This document shows, piece after piece, positions 27,638 through 40,737 of a stretch of 64,000 bases of DNA. Within the stretch, counting starts at the first letter, position 1; each line of letters opens with the position of its first letter. The notes under the pieces are model-generated. The model saw only the letters and a program-made list of their open reading frames with translations, did no database searches and was not told the DNA's origin. Source of the DNA: Octopus sinensis (Eukaryota); NCBI RefSeq assembly GCF_006345805.1, contig NC_043014.1:28086001-28150000 (forward strand), given 5' to 3'. The position numbers and the translations under genes were made by a program.

Positions 27638-27794
27638 ATATTATATTACGGAAATGCACTTGCATGTGATTTGATCTGAGATCATGTGCTGAAACAAAAA
27701 CAATTGCAATGAGGAAGATGCTTGTAAGCCATTCAAGAACACACAAACACAAAAAAAAAACGTTAGTTTCACTTCCATATTTAAATTCCATTTG

Positions 27795-27853
27795 TGTCAA
27801 AATATTTTTTGTTGCTTTGAGACCACATTCTGTTCACTGACAAAACTTTGTGC

Positions 27854-27920
<67 letters not shown>

Positions 27921-27987
27921 GGAGATGCAGCACGAAGTTTTGTCAGTGAACAGGTCGCGGTCTCAAAGCGACGAAAATATTTTGACA
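27795..27987. repeat. ~64-bp inverted repeats flanking (TA)n
   Basis: TGTCAAAATA...GCTGCAT (TA)n CGGAG ATGCAGC...TTTTGACA. Confidence 0.8.
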
Positions 27988-28065
27988 AATTAAATTTAAA
28001 TGTTGAAGTGAATCTAACAGTTTTGTGTGTTTCTTAAATGGCTTATAAACACCTTCCACACTGCA

Positions 28066-28121
<56 letters not shown>

Positions 28122-29343
28122 TACATACATACATACATACACATATAATAACAGGTGAATGAAGTTTAAATTCACAGCAATTGTTTTGCTAGGAATCTTT
28201 AACCAATGTAGTCACAATGGGCTACTCCATACATTACATGGATTCCCTGTCTCATCGGGCAAGTTTAAACATAATCAACCCATGACTTGTCAACTACTTT
28301 CAGCAAGTGGAGTTTAAAGTTAAAGTTACCAGCGCATAAATCTAGCAAGTGGGTGTGTTCAAGAACTGACAATTAGTTATAGTACAGATAATGGCAAGGA
28401 AGAAGATACAATAACAGAAAAAAACTTAGGTTTTTATAGAGAAAACATTAATTGCTCAGCATTAACACGGAACAGACATGTAGGTCTGTTCAATGGAGAC
28501 ATACAACTTTTGTTTTACTTAAATTGGTATGTGTGGTGGGTGTATGTGACTATAAGTGTATGTATATTTATATGAGTGTGTGTATATGAATGAATGCATG
28601 TGTATGTATGAGTATATACAAACGTACATACATACATATATATAAAACCCTTTTGGTTTTATTACATATAGTTGCCTTCATTATTTTATAACTATGTATA
28701 AGTATATGCATATGCATACACATATATACATATATACACATATATATGCATGCATATATATATGAAGGAGGACGTTAGATGATGATGATGATGATGATAT
28801 ATGCATACATAAAACATATAGATACATACACACAGATATATATATATATATATATAATTATATATATATTTAAATAAGTAAGATAACTGGTGTATGGCTA
28901 GTCACAGGTTGACTATGTTTATCTTGAGAATCTATGTAATGCATGATTTAATCTATTACAACCATCACATGATGTCTGGACAACGGTATACGCAAACACA
29001 TAAATAAAGATTCCAAGTGAAACAATTCACCTGTTTTTATTATACTTGCATCACACCAAGTGTTGCCCCTATCAATCAGATCACTGGTAAATAAATGGAA
29101 TTGAGAATTACCCAACAACAGTATCCAGTCTGTATAATTAGTGTCTACAGTGATGGAATTCACTGCCTGCTCTCTGTGGTTCTATCCAGCCAATTTGTGG
29201 TGTTGTATACTTTGATGTGCCTTAATTCTTAATGAATCCTTATACTTTAAACTGAATTATATATGAGCAGAATTTAGGTTATTGAATTCATCATCATCAT
29301 CGTTTAACGTCCGCTTTCCATGCTAGCATGGGTTGGACTAGAG

Positions 29344-29428
<85 letters not shown>

Positions 29429-29555
29429 TAGCTTGCTTACGAACCACATGATTCCAGGTTCAGTCCCACTGTGTGGCACTTGGGCAAGTGTCTTCTACTA
29501 TAGCCTTGGGCCAGCCTTGTGAGTGGATTTGGTAGATGGAAACTGAAAGAAGCCC
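29429..29555 (+). mobile_element. Second SINE family fragment (GGTTCAGTCCCAC head)
   Basis: B-box-like GGTTCAGTCCC. Related minus-strand copy at ~31440-31740. Confidence 0.6.
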
Positions 29556-29565
29556 ATCATATATA

Positions 29566-29626
<61 letters not shown>

Positions 29627-29830
29627 AAATGGAAAGATGAAATATCTCGTTACGGATTATTCAAAAGTTTAACCGATACCTGGGTAGCAAAAATCACAGC
29701 AGAAAAGGCACGGTTGGAGTTATGACCATAGGGTGTTGCAACTGTGCGTTGGCGCGGATAATTGAAGTTTAATATAATTAGTGAATGGAAGAAATGGAGC
29801 TGAATGAAGATTCTACAGAATTCCTTTTAT

Positions 29831-29919
29831 TACATTCTACACATGTTTCAAAGGCCACAAATTTCCAAATTCTGATTGAATAAGGATACCATACTGCAGC
29901 TTTCTCTTCAGGAAAATCC
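29831..29919 (-). ncRNA. Minimal type-I hammerhead ribozyme-like motif (Penelope/retrozyme type)
   Basis: Minus strand: CUGAAGA, stem II with 8/9 pairs (including G-U), GAAAC, AUGU loop, GUA cleavage triplet; weak stem I. Confidence 0.55.
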
Positions 29920-30771
29920 AGGAATTACGATGTCCAAACAAAACAAAGGCGCAGCAAGCAACTCGAACAAGAACGCTCTCTAGGAGCCCATGGGGTAAAC
30001 TGTTTCTCAATGTACGTTGGTGGAGGCCGACAAAAAAGTCCGTTGGAATAAATCAAGGTCAGGCCGCGGTCAAATCTGGTAGGTGAGGAAATAATGAAAA
30101 CAAGGGGTGTGAAGATATTCTGTGTAACCAAAGTTAATGCTCTGAATATTTTAAGAATTCAGGGTGTCTTATTTAGGTGCGAGAAAGTACCTTCCTACAT
30201 GCATGTGTGTGTATGCAAGCCTATGTATGCGTGGCCGTATGGTGGCGAGGGGCGCGAGATAGTGAGCACTGCTGAAAGAAGCCGGTCAGGCGGCTGAAAT
30301 AATTCTGTGTTCGTGTGTCCGTCAGTGGCCTGCTTGTCTAAATTAACCTCGTCAAAAATCAGGGGGGTATAATTCCTGCCCTTGCTTCTAAAAAACCGAC
30401 CAATCGCCCAAGGGGAGTAATATCCCCTTGCAAAATTTATTCAGAGATTTTTTTCCCAAAAATTTTTTCAAAAATTTTTTTCTTTTATTAGGATATCAAG
30501 GTGTTAATTGTCTTAGGTGTCATTTATATGTAAGAAACATATGATGCCGCCACTGGGGACATTGAAAAGCAGTCTGTAAAAGCCCGTTTACCAAACGGCC
30601 TCTGGCGAACAATATGTGGAAAAGTTCAGAGTTACAAAGATTACATATCCTTCTGCCTCTATCAAACAGAAGAGACACCGATAAAATCGACCATTCCAGT
30701 CTAAATGCTGAATTCGCATTCTTCAAACGCCAGATAAGTTTACTAAGCGACAGGACTTCTTTCTATATGTA

Positions 30772-31150
30772 GTATCGCCCGGCGTTGCTCAGGTTTGTAA
30801 GGGAAATAACTATAAAGCATTTTTAGAGAGTTATAGCCAAAAAATAGCAAAAAAATGGAAAAAAATGATGGTAAATTTTTTTTTGAGAGTAAAAAAAGGT
30901 GGAGTTGCGTCCCCTAGACAGTTTGCGGTTTGTGTTTCTGATTCTCGACCCCATGTCGAATTTATCGATTTTTTTCAGAACTGGGGGAACTTTTCAAAAT
31001 TTTCGCTGCGTTAGTTTTGAATTATGACATTGGGCTATGTGTGTGTCAAGTTTCATCAGAATCGGTTGAAAGCCGTGGTCAGGGTGAGGGTACAAGCAAA
31101 CAGACACACAGAAACACGCACAGACAAACTGCTGTTTATATATAGAGAAA
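30772..31150 (+). mobile_element. Helitron/Helentron-like non-autonomous element
   Basis: Starts TAGTATCGCCCGGCGTTGC, contains AAGTTTCATCAGAATCGG, an ACAGAC-type microsatellite and a TTTATATATAGA end, the DINE-1/Lep1-like layout. Confidence 0.5.
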
Positions 31151-32539
31151 GAGATGTATGTATGTATGTATGTATGTATAAACATACGTACATGTGTGTG
31201 TGTGTGTCCTTGTCTAGATGTCATGTGATGTTTGTAAATGAGCATCATTATGATATGAGCGAGGTTGTTTATTTCCAGTCTTCACTGAAAAACATGCCTG
31301 GCCGTGAGGAAATATTAGCTTGATTGAAAACAGGTGAGGGTTGGTGATAAGAAGTGCATTCAGCAGCAAAAATGCCTATATACATACATATAGTAGATAC
31401 TAGCAGAGATACCCAGCCTTGCTTGGGATTAAAATGGCATACTTTTTTTATTATTTTACTTGTTTCAGCCATGTGATTGCAGCCATATTGCCACTGGTTG
31501 AACAACTCGACCACAGGATTTATTGTTTGTAAGCCTAGTATTTATTCTATCAGTGTCTTTTGCTGAACCACTAAGTTATGGGAATGTAAACAAAGCACAT
31601 CAGTTGTCAAGCAATGGTGGGGGTACAGACAGACACACACACACACACACACAACAAATATATACATATAGACAACAGTCTTCTTTCAGTGTATGAATCC
31701 ACTCACAAGGCTTTAGTCAGCCTGAGGCTATTGTAGCATACACACAGGACACAGCCAGTTCCAGTGATAACACAACAGCAGCCACATGGAGACTCATCAA
31801 CTTCGTCCAGTAGCATTTAGGACCTCCATCTCTGCCACCACCATTCGTCCTAACATCAACATCATCTCTCTATGTACACAGCAACAAGCAATGCTCACAC
31901 AGGTTCCAATACTGCGCTGTTTGTGAATCACTTCACCATGGTTAACAGCAAAATACAAACTGCGAGAACTTCCTGTACCAAGTGACCAGCAGCAGCATTG
32001 TAGCCACAACTTCTTGTACGTGGGTAGGTGAAGGAGAATAAGAGATCTCATTTATCTGTTTGAATTCGGAAGTACTGGTTGTTGGACGTAGTTTATCTGA
32101 TGACGCTTGGTCAGATAAGGTATGTTTAATTTTTTCAGTGCTCTCAAATTTAAAATCTCGAAATACTGTACTGAAGAGTGAGAATGATGGAGTGGAAATG
32201 TGGTTTTTGCATTTTTCACATCTATCTAACTCCGAAACGCGTCTACAGTTAACCAAAGCCGGGTGAATTCGTTATTTTTTCTCTTTGCCTGCGTGAGTTG
32301 TTGAGTATTGTTGTCTGGGAGATTTTCTTATGGTAGAGAAATTGCTAGTTTTAACTGCTATTTCTAAATTTCGGTATGTAGTGAATCAAATTTTTTGCTG
32401 AACCCTAATTATAATTATACTCATAATAACAAAAATTTTTGTTTAAGTTTACCGAAAATGGTTCTTTTAACATACTGAACTACTTGGTAAACTTATTAAT
32501 TATTAATTAATCAATTAATTTTGCCCTTTATTATTATTA

Positions 32540-32607
32540 TTGATATACATACATATATACATTCATACATATATATATATATGTATGTATATGTACATTA
32601 ATATATG

Positions 32608-32639
<32 letters not shown>

Positions 32640-32641
32640 AT

Positions 32642-32681
<40 letters not shown>

Positions 32682-32800
32682 ATATATAAATATACATATA
32701 TAAATACATACATATATATATACATACACACACACACAATTCTCAGTTTTATATATATAGATATATACATCTAATCTATCTATCTATCTATCTATCTATC

Positions 32801-32870
<70 letters not shown>

Positions 32871-32930
32871 TATATACATACATACATACACACAGACATA
32901 CATACATACATACAAACATACATACATAAA
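32540..32930. repeat. Compound (AT)/(ATCT)/(CT)/(ACAT) microsatellite block
   Basis: Direct inspection. Confidence 0.9.
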
Positions 32931-33659
32931 TGAATGCATATTTATTCATATTTGCATGTATGTATGTACACATACACGCATGTACAGTTTCGTGTTTGTG
33001 TATTTATGTCAGTTTTATTTTCCGCATAAGAAGAAACGTTGAAGAAAGCAATAAGTATGATCTCAAAGTTCATTGGAAGAGGAAATGATGAAAATCAGGG
33101 TGTTATGAAGTCATCGTCTGCTTCAGGAAATCATGTAAAGCCACGTGTGTTTTTGCTTGTTTGTGTGTGTGTGTGTGTGTGTGTTTGTGTGCGTGTGTGT
33201 GTGATTGTGTGTGACTTTATTACATGACGTCAGCTTTAGCATATTTTTCTTGCGTCAGACATTGAATAAACTAGTTTTCTATGAATACACAAACATACAT
33301 ACATACATGAGTGTGAGTACTCGTTATTGATGTTTACACCACACCCATGCACCTACATACGCACATGCGTTTACGCGCAGGCATATAAAAATAAACCTAT
33401 TTTATTTTAAAATGTACCGAGTGGTCAAATATAAAAATCTACACAAAAGAAAACTAAAAGTATGATCTTGAATTTTATGTAAAGGAAACAAAGAAAATTT
33501 GAAACTATCTGCAGTTATCGTCTGCTTCAAGAAATCATGTAAGGCCACGTAAGAGGCCTCTGTTAAAATACGTAAAAGTGCTAACCGGAGGCATATATTT
33601 ATGGAATGTCAACTACACAATAAACATAACTCTTTCTAATTCAGATATAAAGCCAGTAG

Positions 33660-34066
33660 TTTTTGGGGGTGGGGGGTTAGTTGATTGCATCAGCTCCATT
33701 ATTTGATTGGTACTCAATTTTAGCGACCCACAAATGGATAAAAAAAACGTTTATCTTAGTGGAATTTGAACTCTGTCTGAAAATAAAGGGCGGAACAGGT
33801 ACCGCGAAGCATTTTTTCCGACGCTCTAACAATTTTATCAGTGTGTCTTATATAATCCTTTCTACTATAGGCACAAGGCCTGAAATGTTGGGGAAGGGGC
33901 TAGGCGATTACATCGACCCCCAGTGCTCAAATGGTACTTATTTCATAGGCAAAGAAAGGATGAAAGGCAGATTCGATCTGGCGGAAATGGAATTCAGAAT
34001 TTAAAGACGAAGTGCTTCAAAGCATTTTGTCCGGCGCGCTAACGATTCTGCCAGTTCATCGTCTTC
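33660..34066 (-). mobile_element. Two tandem tRNA-type SINE copies
   Basis: Reverse-complement homology to 38140-38354. Confidence 0.75.
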
Positions 34067-34234
34067 TCGTCATATATAATGAAACCACTTATTGCTTGAG
34101 AAAAAGCTCAGCTTGGTACCGGAACGGCAGCTAATACGTAATTTGGTGGTTCGAATTTGATCATATGAAGAGAAAATAAAAATTGATTGATTTCACACTT
34201 TGTTTTAAGTTCAGTCATATTTAAGATGTACTAT

Positions 34235-35163
34235 GGATCTTTTCCTTTTGAACGGCAGTTTTCAACACAATTTCTAGTTAACTAAACACTTTTAAACTTC
34301 GTATACTGGTAGAATGTGTCAAAATAAAACATTTTTTTTCTCTTGGCTTTCTTGAGAAAATTGTAATTTGTAAGTTTAACGTAGTTTAATTTTTCGAATT
34401 TTAACCAATCGATTACCTCTATTTAGCTAAAATCATTTGCTGCGTCTAAAACTGAGACAACGTCCTGTCACTGACCCTAACCCTAACCCTAACCCCAACC
34501 CTAACACTAACCCTAACCCTAAATTTAGCCTTTCGTTTTTTTTCTTAATTGTTAAATTAATTTAATTGTACGCGTGTGTCTAAAATTATTCGTTTTTTTT
34601 TTCTTAATTGTTAAATTAATTTAATTGTTACACGCGTGTGTCTAAAATTATTCGTTTTGTTTTGGTTTGAGTTTTGTTTGAGAATACACGTGTATTATTT
34701 AAACTATTTTCCATTGCTTAGAAAGAAAAAAACGAAAAGCAATGGAAAATAATTTAAACAATTATCAAACAAAATAATTCTATAATTTTATACAATTGTT
34801 AAATTAATTTAATTGTTACGCGTAGAAAGAAAAAAACGAAAAGCAATGGAAAATAATTTAAACAATTATCAAACAAAATAATTCTATAATTTTATACATA
34901 CGCCTTCCGAATGTAAACATAACAGTGACGAGATGTTGTTTCAGTTTTAGACGCAGCAAACGATTTTAGCTCAATAGAGGCGATTCATAGGTTAAAATTC
35001 GAAAAATTAAACTACGTTAAACAAACTAATTACAATTTTCTCAAGAAAGCCAAGAGAAAAAAAAAATGTTTTATTTTGACACATTCTACTAGTATACGAA
35101 GTTTTAAAGTGTTTAGTTTACTAGAAATTGTGTTGAAAACTGCCGTCCAAAAGGAAAAGATCC
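34235..35163. mobile_element. MITE with ~240-bp terminal inverted repeats and internal (CCCTAA)n
   Basis: 34235-34473 is the reverse complement of 34923-35163. Telomere-type hexamers at 34474-34522 and internal tandem duplications. Confidence 0.85.
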
Positions 35164-36753
35164 TGTACTATTGATCAACACTATAAATCAACACCAGTGG
35201 TACTTCATTTTCCGAACCTCGGAAGGATTGAAGGAAAAGTTGGGCTCTAGGATTTGAACTCTGAACATAACGGTATTTAAATTACTGAATTCATAACACA
35301 ACTACAAAATTTGACTTAAATGAAATGATGTGCAAAACTATAACAAAATATATTTTAAAACAAACATACACAATCTTTATACTTCCTCTAGCATGGGCCC
35401 ATATTTCTAATGAAAGAATGTAGATAAATCATGCCTACATATAATGTTGCCATCAGAAGGCACAGAAAAGGCTGAGTAAGAAAGTTATTGATTGTATGCA
35501 TCCTTGTGTTGTCACAAAATCTGTTAGCATCAGCTGTAAGATCGTGAATTTCAAATACTTTCTCTTTGAGTACTAATCTCTAATAAATTCTAGTTTAGCA
35601 TTTAAGGATCTAGTCTTTCTCATTCGCAAAATGAGCCCCACTTAATTTTGCTCTGATTACTTTCAATTTTGGTGTATTGATGCAACTCTGAATTTTGATT
35701 ACGATCAACCAAGTTCATTATCTCGTAAATTAAAGAATCTGATGTTATTTGGAATTAAAGTTGAGAAATTTGGGTAATTTTAACCAATCAACAGACACCA
35801 TGGCATTAGCAGCTTGTTACCATGACAACCGCACGCTGTGTTGTGGTTCAATGTTGTCTATGCCGTTGTTGTCTATGTTGATTTTTCACACTTAGTATTT
35901 TTACATATTTTTCATTTCATATATTTTAGGGAATCATTGACTCAGATAGTTGGATTTATGATTTCACTAAGTTATTTCTATTCATAAAAACGTAAATTAG
36001 GAGTATTTCATAAACCGTTAGCTTCATATTTAAATTTAGCACACGTAACAGGAACTGAGAGGGATATCGTGGAACAGAGAAACTGTGGGTGATACAGATA
36101 ATTTGATATTATTTTTGAATTCTGCATGCAAAAACATATAAGATACAGGTTTTCTTTTCTTTGGGACAAATTCTGTGTTGACCAGTGTTATTCTTATTGT
36201 AGTTTACAAATCCAAGCATGAAAATGTTACTCAACTTTGGAGTTTCAGAGACAGACGCCCCTTTTTCACACACACACACACACACACATGCACTTATATA
36301 TCAATGATTTACATAAATACATGGCAGGTATACATAATACTTAAGTACGCATAAAGTAAACACGTGCAGACAAATATATTAATATAACAAATTTTTAAAA
36401 AATGATAAAAACATACAATCAATGAAGAGACAAAAGAAACAGTAGGATGATACATGTTGATTTTATTAGGTATTTCTGTTTATTTAGAAACCTACAATGA
36501 ACAGGTCAGACGCTAAACTATAAATTTCACAGGGTACAACCTTAAAGTTGACACCTCTCCGCTAAACGCAGAAAATTTCTGTCTCGCTATTAGCTAAAAA
36601 TACCCAGTTCCCCCCCCCCCCCCCCGATCTTCAAAACCTCTGTAACTTTTTTCTCCACATTATACCTTCAAAGCAATGAGACTGGAAGGCTATATTATTA
36701 TAGCCGATTTTTAGATTTTTTTTACTTCCTTTTAAAAAGTGCAGAACAGAACA

Positions 36754-36806
<53 letters not shown>

Positions 36807-37989
36807 ATGTGTTAATTGAAAGATTTATCACTATTTTTGTTATTGTTATTTACTGCAGAATAAGACGGAAGTTTGATCATGGGCTTTGTAATTTGCATAT
36901 TTTTACCGTTTTCCCACCCTCTTGAGCGTCTGTTTGGATATAGTTATTTTTATGTAACGGGCACCCTAAATGAATTGTCGGACGTTTTGAATTTTTTCGT
37001 ATATCCAAAAATATAATTTTTCTGGAAAAAAATATGACGTTGAATAATCCTACAACATTCGATGCAACAAAAAAAAAAAAAGAGAGTGATGCTACCATCA
37101 GGTGGGTGATAGCATGCGTTGTTCTAGTGGGAGCCGATTCCCTTCAAGTGTTAGGAAAACTTGTAGGGAATTACATGCAAGTCAAACCAGGCGATCAGGA
37201 CAAAACTCCAGATTATACAGAACTAGACAAATACCGAATGTTTCAGCTGAAGTGAGATTATTGAGTAGCTACTTATTGTGTAGCACCGAGCGGAAAGAAA
37301 TCTTGTATTCCTACCATTATTACATCCGAAACAACATCAACGACCTGCAGCAGCAAAAGCCACCACAGCTGCTACAGCAGCAACATAAACAAAATAAACA
37401 ACAGCAGCTGCAAAAACCGAATCAATAGCACCTGAAGTAGCAGTTGCAGCAACAGTAACAGCCACAAAATCTACAAATCAACAGCAGCAACATCAAAAAA
37501 TAATAGCAGACCACGATATCGAACTCATCTCCAAATAAACTTTCCAGTAATACCTTCAGCACTCACTACAGAAAATTAGAAATACACACATAGTTTTAGA
37601 ATCATCTTTCACCTCAACTACTACAGACCTCCCTGGCCCTGGAATCTCGCCAAGCGACGAAGTTTAGGCGAAAAACCAAACTAAAGAAGTCTGTGTTAGA
37701 GAGAAGAAAAGGTCATGAGAAACCAACTGCCTCAAAATGAAAGCAGAGTTATTCGAAGGTGTAGTCACAGTTCACCATTCACAATTTGCAATTCGAAGTC
37801 ACAATTTTCCCACAGTCCCAACAAAATCTCAACGGCAATGAGGTGGCAAATAAATATACACAATCTTTATACTTCCTTTGACACGTGTCCATATTTCTAG
37901 TTAACGTATGTAACGAGGTGGCAATGTTATACCGGAAATCCTTAGATGTCAAGGCACGAGAAATCTTCCCGAACCTGTACTGTAAGCTA

Positions 37990-39158
37990 TGGTTCTGGAT
38001 GTGAAAAGTAGCGGATATGGTGTCTATGCTCCGACAGGGATAGGATAAGCAGATTTCTTCAGTTATCTTTAGGCTTTCCTAGGAACGTTCCGATCACTGC
38101 TATTCATGGTGGATTGGAATTGTATTATAGACGCACTGTTAAGGCGGCGAGCTGGCAGAAACGTTAGCACGCTGGGCGAAATGCATAGCGGTATTTTGTC
38201 TGTCATTATGTTCTGAGTTCAAATTCCGCCGAGGTTGATTTTGCCTTTCATCCCTTTCGGGGTCGGTAAATTAAGTATCAGTCGCGTACTGAGGTCGATC
38301 TAATCGACTGGTCCTTCCCCAGAATTTCGGACCATGTGCCTAGAGTAGAAAAGAATTATAGACGCACTGTGGGACCCAGTGGGACTAGCGCATGAGAGTA
38401 TGTAATGCAAAAGCTTTGGAAACCTGCTCAGAAGTTTCTAACTCACTGAAAGGTACCAGTTAAATTTCCCTGATGTCCTAGCGTTGATATAGAGCATTCA
38501 CAGCGGCTCATCTACATATAAAATATTTCTTAGGCCAGTGGACAGTGATAGTGTAGGGAATTCATAGTACAAACTGGTTGGCGACACAGAACATAAATTT
38601 GTAAACTGCTTTGGTGGGGCCTATTGACAAGGTCCGGTTACTGGAAGTTGAAAGTGTTCTTACTGACGCAAAAATACTATAGAGGCCGGATTAGTGAATT
38701 AGTTAAGCAGCAGTTGACAGCAGGAATCGTCAACTGGTGGTGACAATCAGGTCTTTGGTAGATCGGGATGGGAGCGTGATATTCGGTTCCGATTGATGAA
38801 TGCAGCTTTCCAGCAGCACTTCGCTCGACTGGTTGGGGCAGGCAATGGTTGGAGACGGCAGTTCTTACTTCGACGGCCGGCTGCGGCTCTTTGCGGAAGA
38901 CTCGAAGTGCTGCGAAAAGCTGATAAGAGCTGATGAAATACGGAAGACTATGAACGGTTGCACAAGTCATAAATCGTTTAGTTTGGATGGTTTAATTTAC
39001 AAATTATAATGGTTCGTGTAGATATCTACTGCAACTGGCAGCAGAAGGGGGAATTCCTAGTGGTGTGAGCCGGGAAGTGGTAAAGCTGCTGAGAAAAGAC
39101 ACCGTCAAAAGGAGCGTTGTTGACAATTTTTTTATCCATAAGTTTACTAAATACAGAG
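37990..39158 (+). mobile_element. Decayed Tx1/L1-type LINE, endonuclease-side fragment
   Basis: Relic motifs VYAPT (~38022), (G/V)DWNCIID (~38110), GP..WKL (~38630), with frameshifts and stops. Interrupted by a SINE and by the Gypsy. Confidence 0.6.
38140..38354 (+). mobile_element. Full-length tRNA-type SINE with 16-bp target-site duplication
   Basis: GGCGGCGAGCTGGCAGAA head and GAGTTCAAATTCC B-box-like motif. TSD ATTATAGACGCACTGT at 38124-38139 and 38355-38370. Confidence 0.88.
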
Positions 39159-39743
39159 TGTAAGAATTAGCACTTCCTTCTCAAAGCTTGGATTCGAAAT
39201 CAGACCCAAGAATCATTGGTCGTAAAATACCAATGCACAAAATGGCGCGAAATCAGAATCTCTTTGTTCTGACAAAAAATGATGGATCGTCTCCCTTCGA
39301 CCTCTGACCCGAGCAGGTCAGGCGAAGTTTAACAGGACGACCAGCGACCTACTGTACGCAATAACACTCTTGCGGTATATCTATTTTTCTGGCTATTTGA
39401 GATGTTATAAATAGAACGGAGAAATAGGTATCTAGAGAGAAGCCGAACCAACGTTTAAGAGAACGTCACGCATTTATGAGGACGACGAAAGAATATTCAG
39501 AAAGGTGACTCTGTCATGCATGATTTACACACACGCACACACACGCACCATCAAACATATTCTGCTTTAATGTGTATCCTGTATTATGCATTCCTTTAAT
39601 ATGTATTATTTGCAACCACTATTTAATATGCATTTTGTACAAGCGATGTGTAACATTGCTTACAAATTGATGTAGTGATAATAAATCTTTAATTTATTAC
39701 AAAGCACTTATGTATTTATTAATACATCCACGCATCCACTACA
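39159..39743 (+). repeat. 5' LTR (585 bp)
   Basis: TGTAAG...CTACA. Identical by eye to the 3' LTR except an 11-bp extra segment in an (AC)-rich tract near 39538-39548. Confidence 0.97.
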
Positions 39744-39745
39744 TT

Positions 39746-39756
39746 TGGTGACCCCG
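39746..39756 (+). promoter_or_regulatory. Primer-binding site, tRNA-Trp-like
   Basis: TGGTGACCCCG, 2 nt after the LTR, is complementary to the eukaryotic tRNA-Trp 3' end (...CGGGGUCACCA). Confidence 0.75.
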
Positions 39757-39861
39757 TAAAACGAATCGCGCCTTCCCTGGAACCAGCTTCATCAACCGCG
39801 TCGAAGAATTACAGTTTGCACATCACCAGCAACGAAGCAACTGAAAATTCCGACAAAAACA

Positions 39862-40737
39862 ATGAATCTCCCGGAACAAAACCCAGCGGCCAACATCGAC
39901 ATGGCATTCCAAGCGGCGATCTCGTTAAAAATTCCACCATTCTGGACCCACGACCCGACATTGTGGTTTCACCATATAGAGGCACAGTTTGCCTCTCACA
40001 GAATATCGAGCGATGCGGCTCGACTTTCTCACGTTATCAGTTCTCTGTCACCAGAAATAACGAACGTGATACGCGACCTTATCATGGCACCACCCGGTTC
40101 TGTTTCATATGAAGTTTTTAAAACCACGTTAATAAACAGAACCTCAGAATCCCAACAAAAAAGACTTCACCAGCTTCTGATATCGGAAGAATTGGGTGAC
40201 AAAACGCCGTCCCAGCTTCTTCGGAGAATGAAACAGCTTCTCGGAGATGAGACGCTCCCAGAAAAAATCTTCAAGCAACTTTTTCTCCAGCGTCTGCCCT
40301 CCAATACCCAGGTTGTTCTCGCGTCCACCAGAGAAAACACATCCCTTGAAGAACTTGCGGAGCTAGCTGACAAAATAGCCGAAGTACCGCACAGATATCC
40401 AACGGTATCGACGGTGACGCCAGCCGCTCCCAGTACCAATCCTTTCCGTGCACAAACCAGTTCTTCAGAGATTTCGGATTTGCGTGCATTAATGACGCAG
40501 CAAGCTGCGCAAATACAAATTCTCACAGCCCAAATACAAGCCCTAAAGTTTAGTCCCCAGCGTCGAAGCACCAGCCGATCTCGACGAGATGGCAGACGGT
40601 CTCGAAGCCCCAGTGCTACCCGAAACTCACATGACACGTGTTGGTACCACCGAACATTCGGAACACGGGCACAAAAATGTACGGTACCGTGCTCGTTTTC
40701 CTCACCCAGTTCGGGAAACGGCACAGCCAGGAATTGA
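39862..40737 (+). CDS. Gypsy Gag (291 aa)
   Basis: PPFWxxDPxLWFxxIEAQF N-terminal motif and C-terminal CWYHxxFGxxAxKCxxPC knuckle variant. Confidence 0.92.
   Translation: MNLPEQNPAANIDMAFQAAISLKIPPFWTHDPTLWFHHIEAQFASHRISSDAARLSHVISSLSPEITNVIRDLIMAPPGSVSYEVFKTTLINRTSESQQKRLHQLLISEELGDKTPSQLLRRMKQLLGDETLPEKIFKQLFLQRLPSNTQVVLASTRENTSLEELAELADKIAEVPHRYPTVSTVTPAAPSTNPFRAQTSSSEISDLRALMTQQAAQIQILTAQIQALKFSPQRRSTSRSRRDGRRSRSPSATRNSHDTCWYHRTFGTRAQKCTVPCSFSSPSSGNGTARN

Noticed and set aside
13153-33227. Poly-N, poly-H, poly-I, YI, CV and ER ORFs in the ORF track
   Set aside because: Translations of microsatellites.
37034-37700. Possible ORF1 of the Tx1-like LINE with a CAG/CAA-rich tract
   Set aside because: Position fits but no diagnostic motif is recognisable, so it is not annotated.
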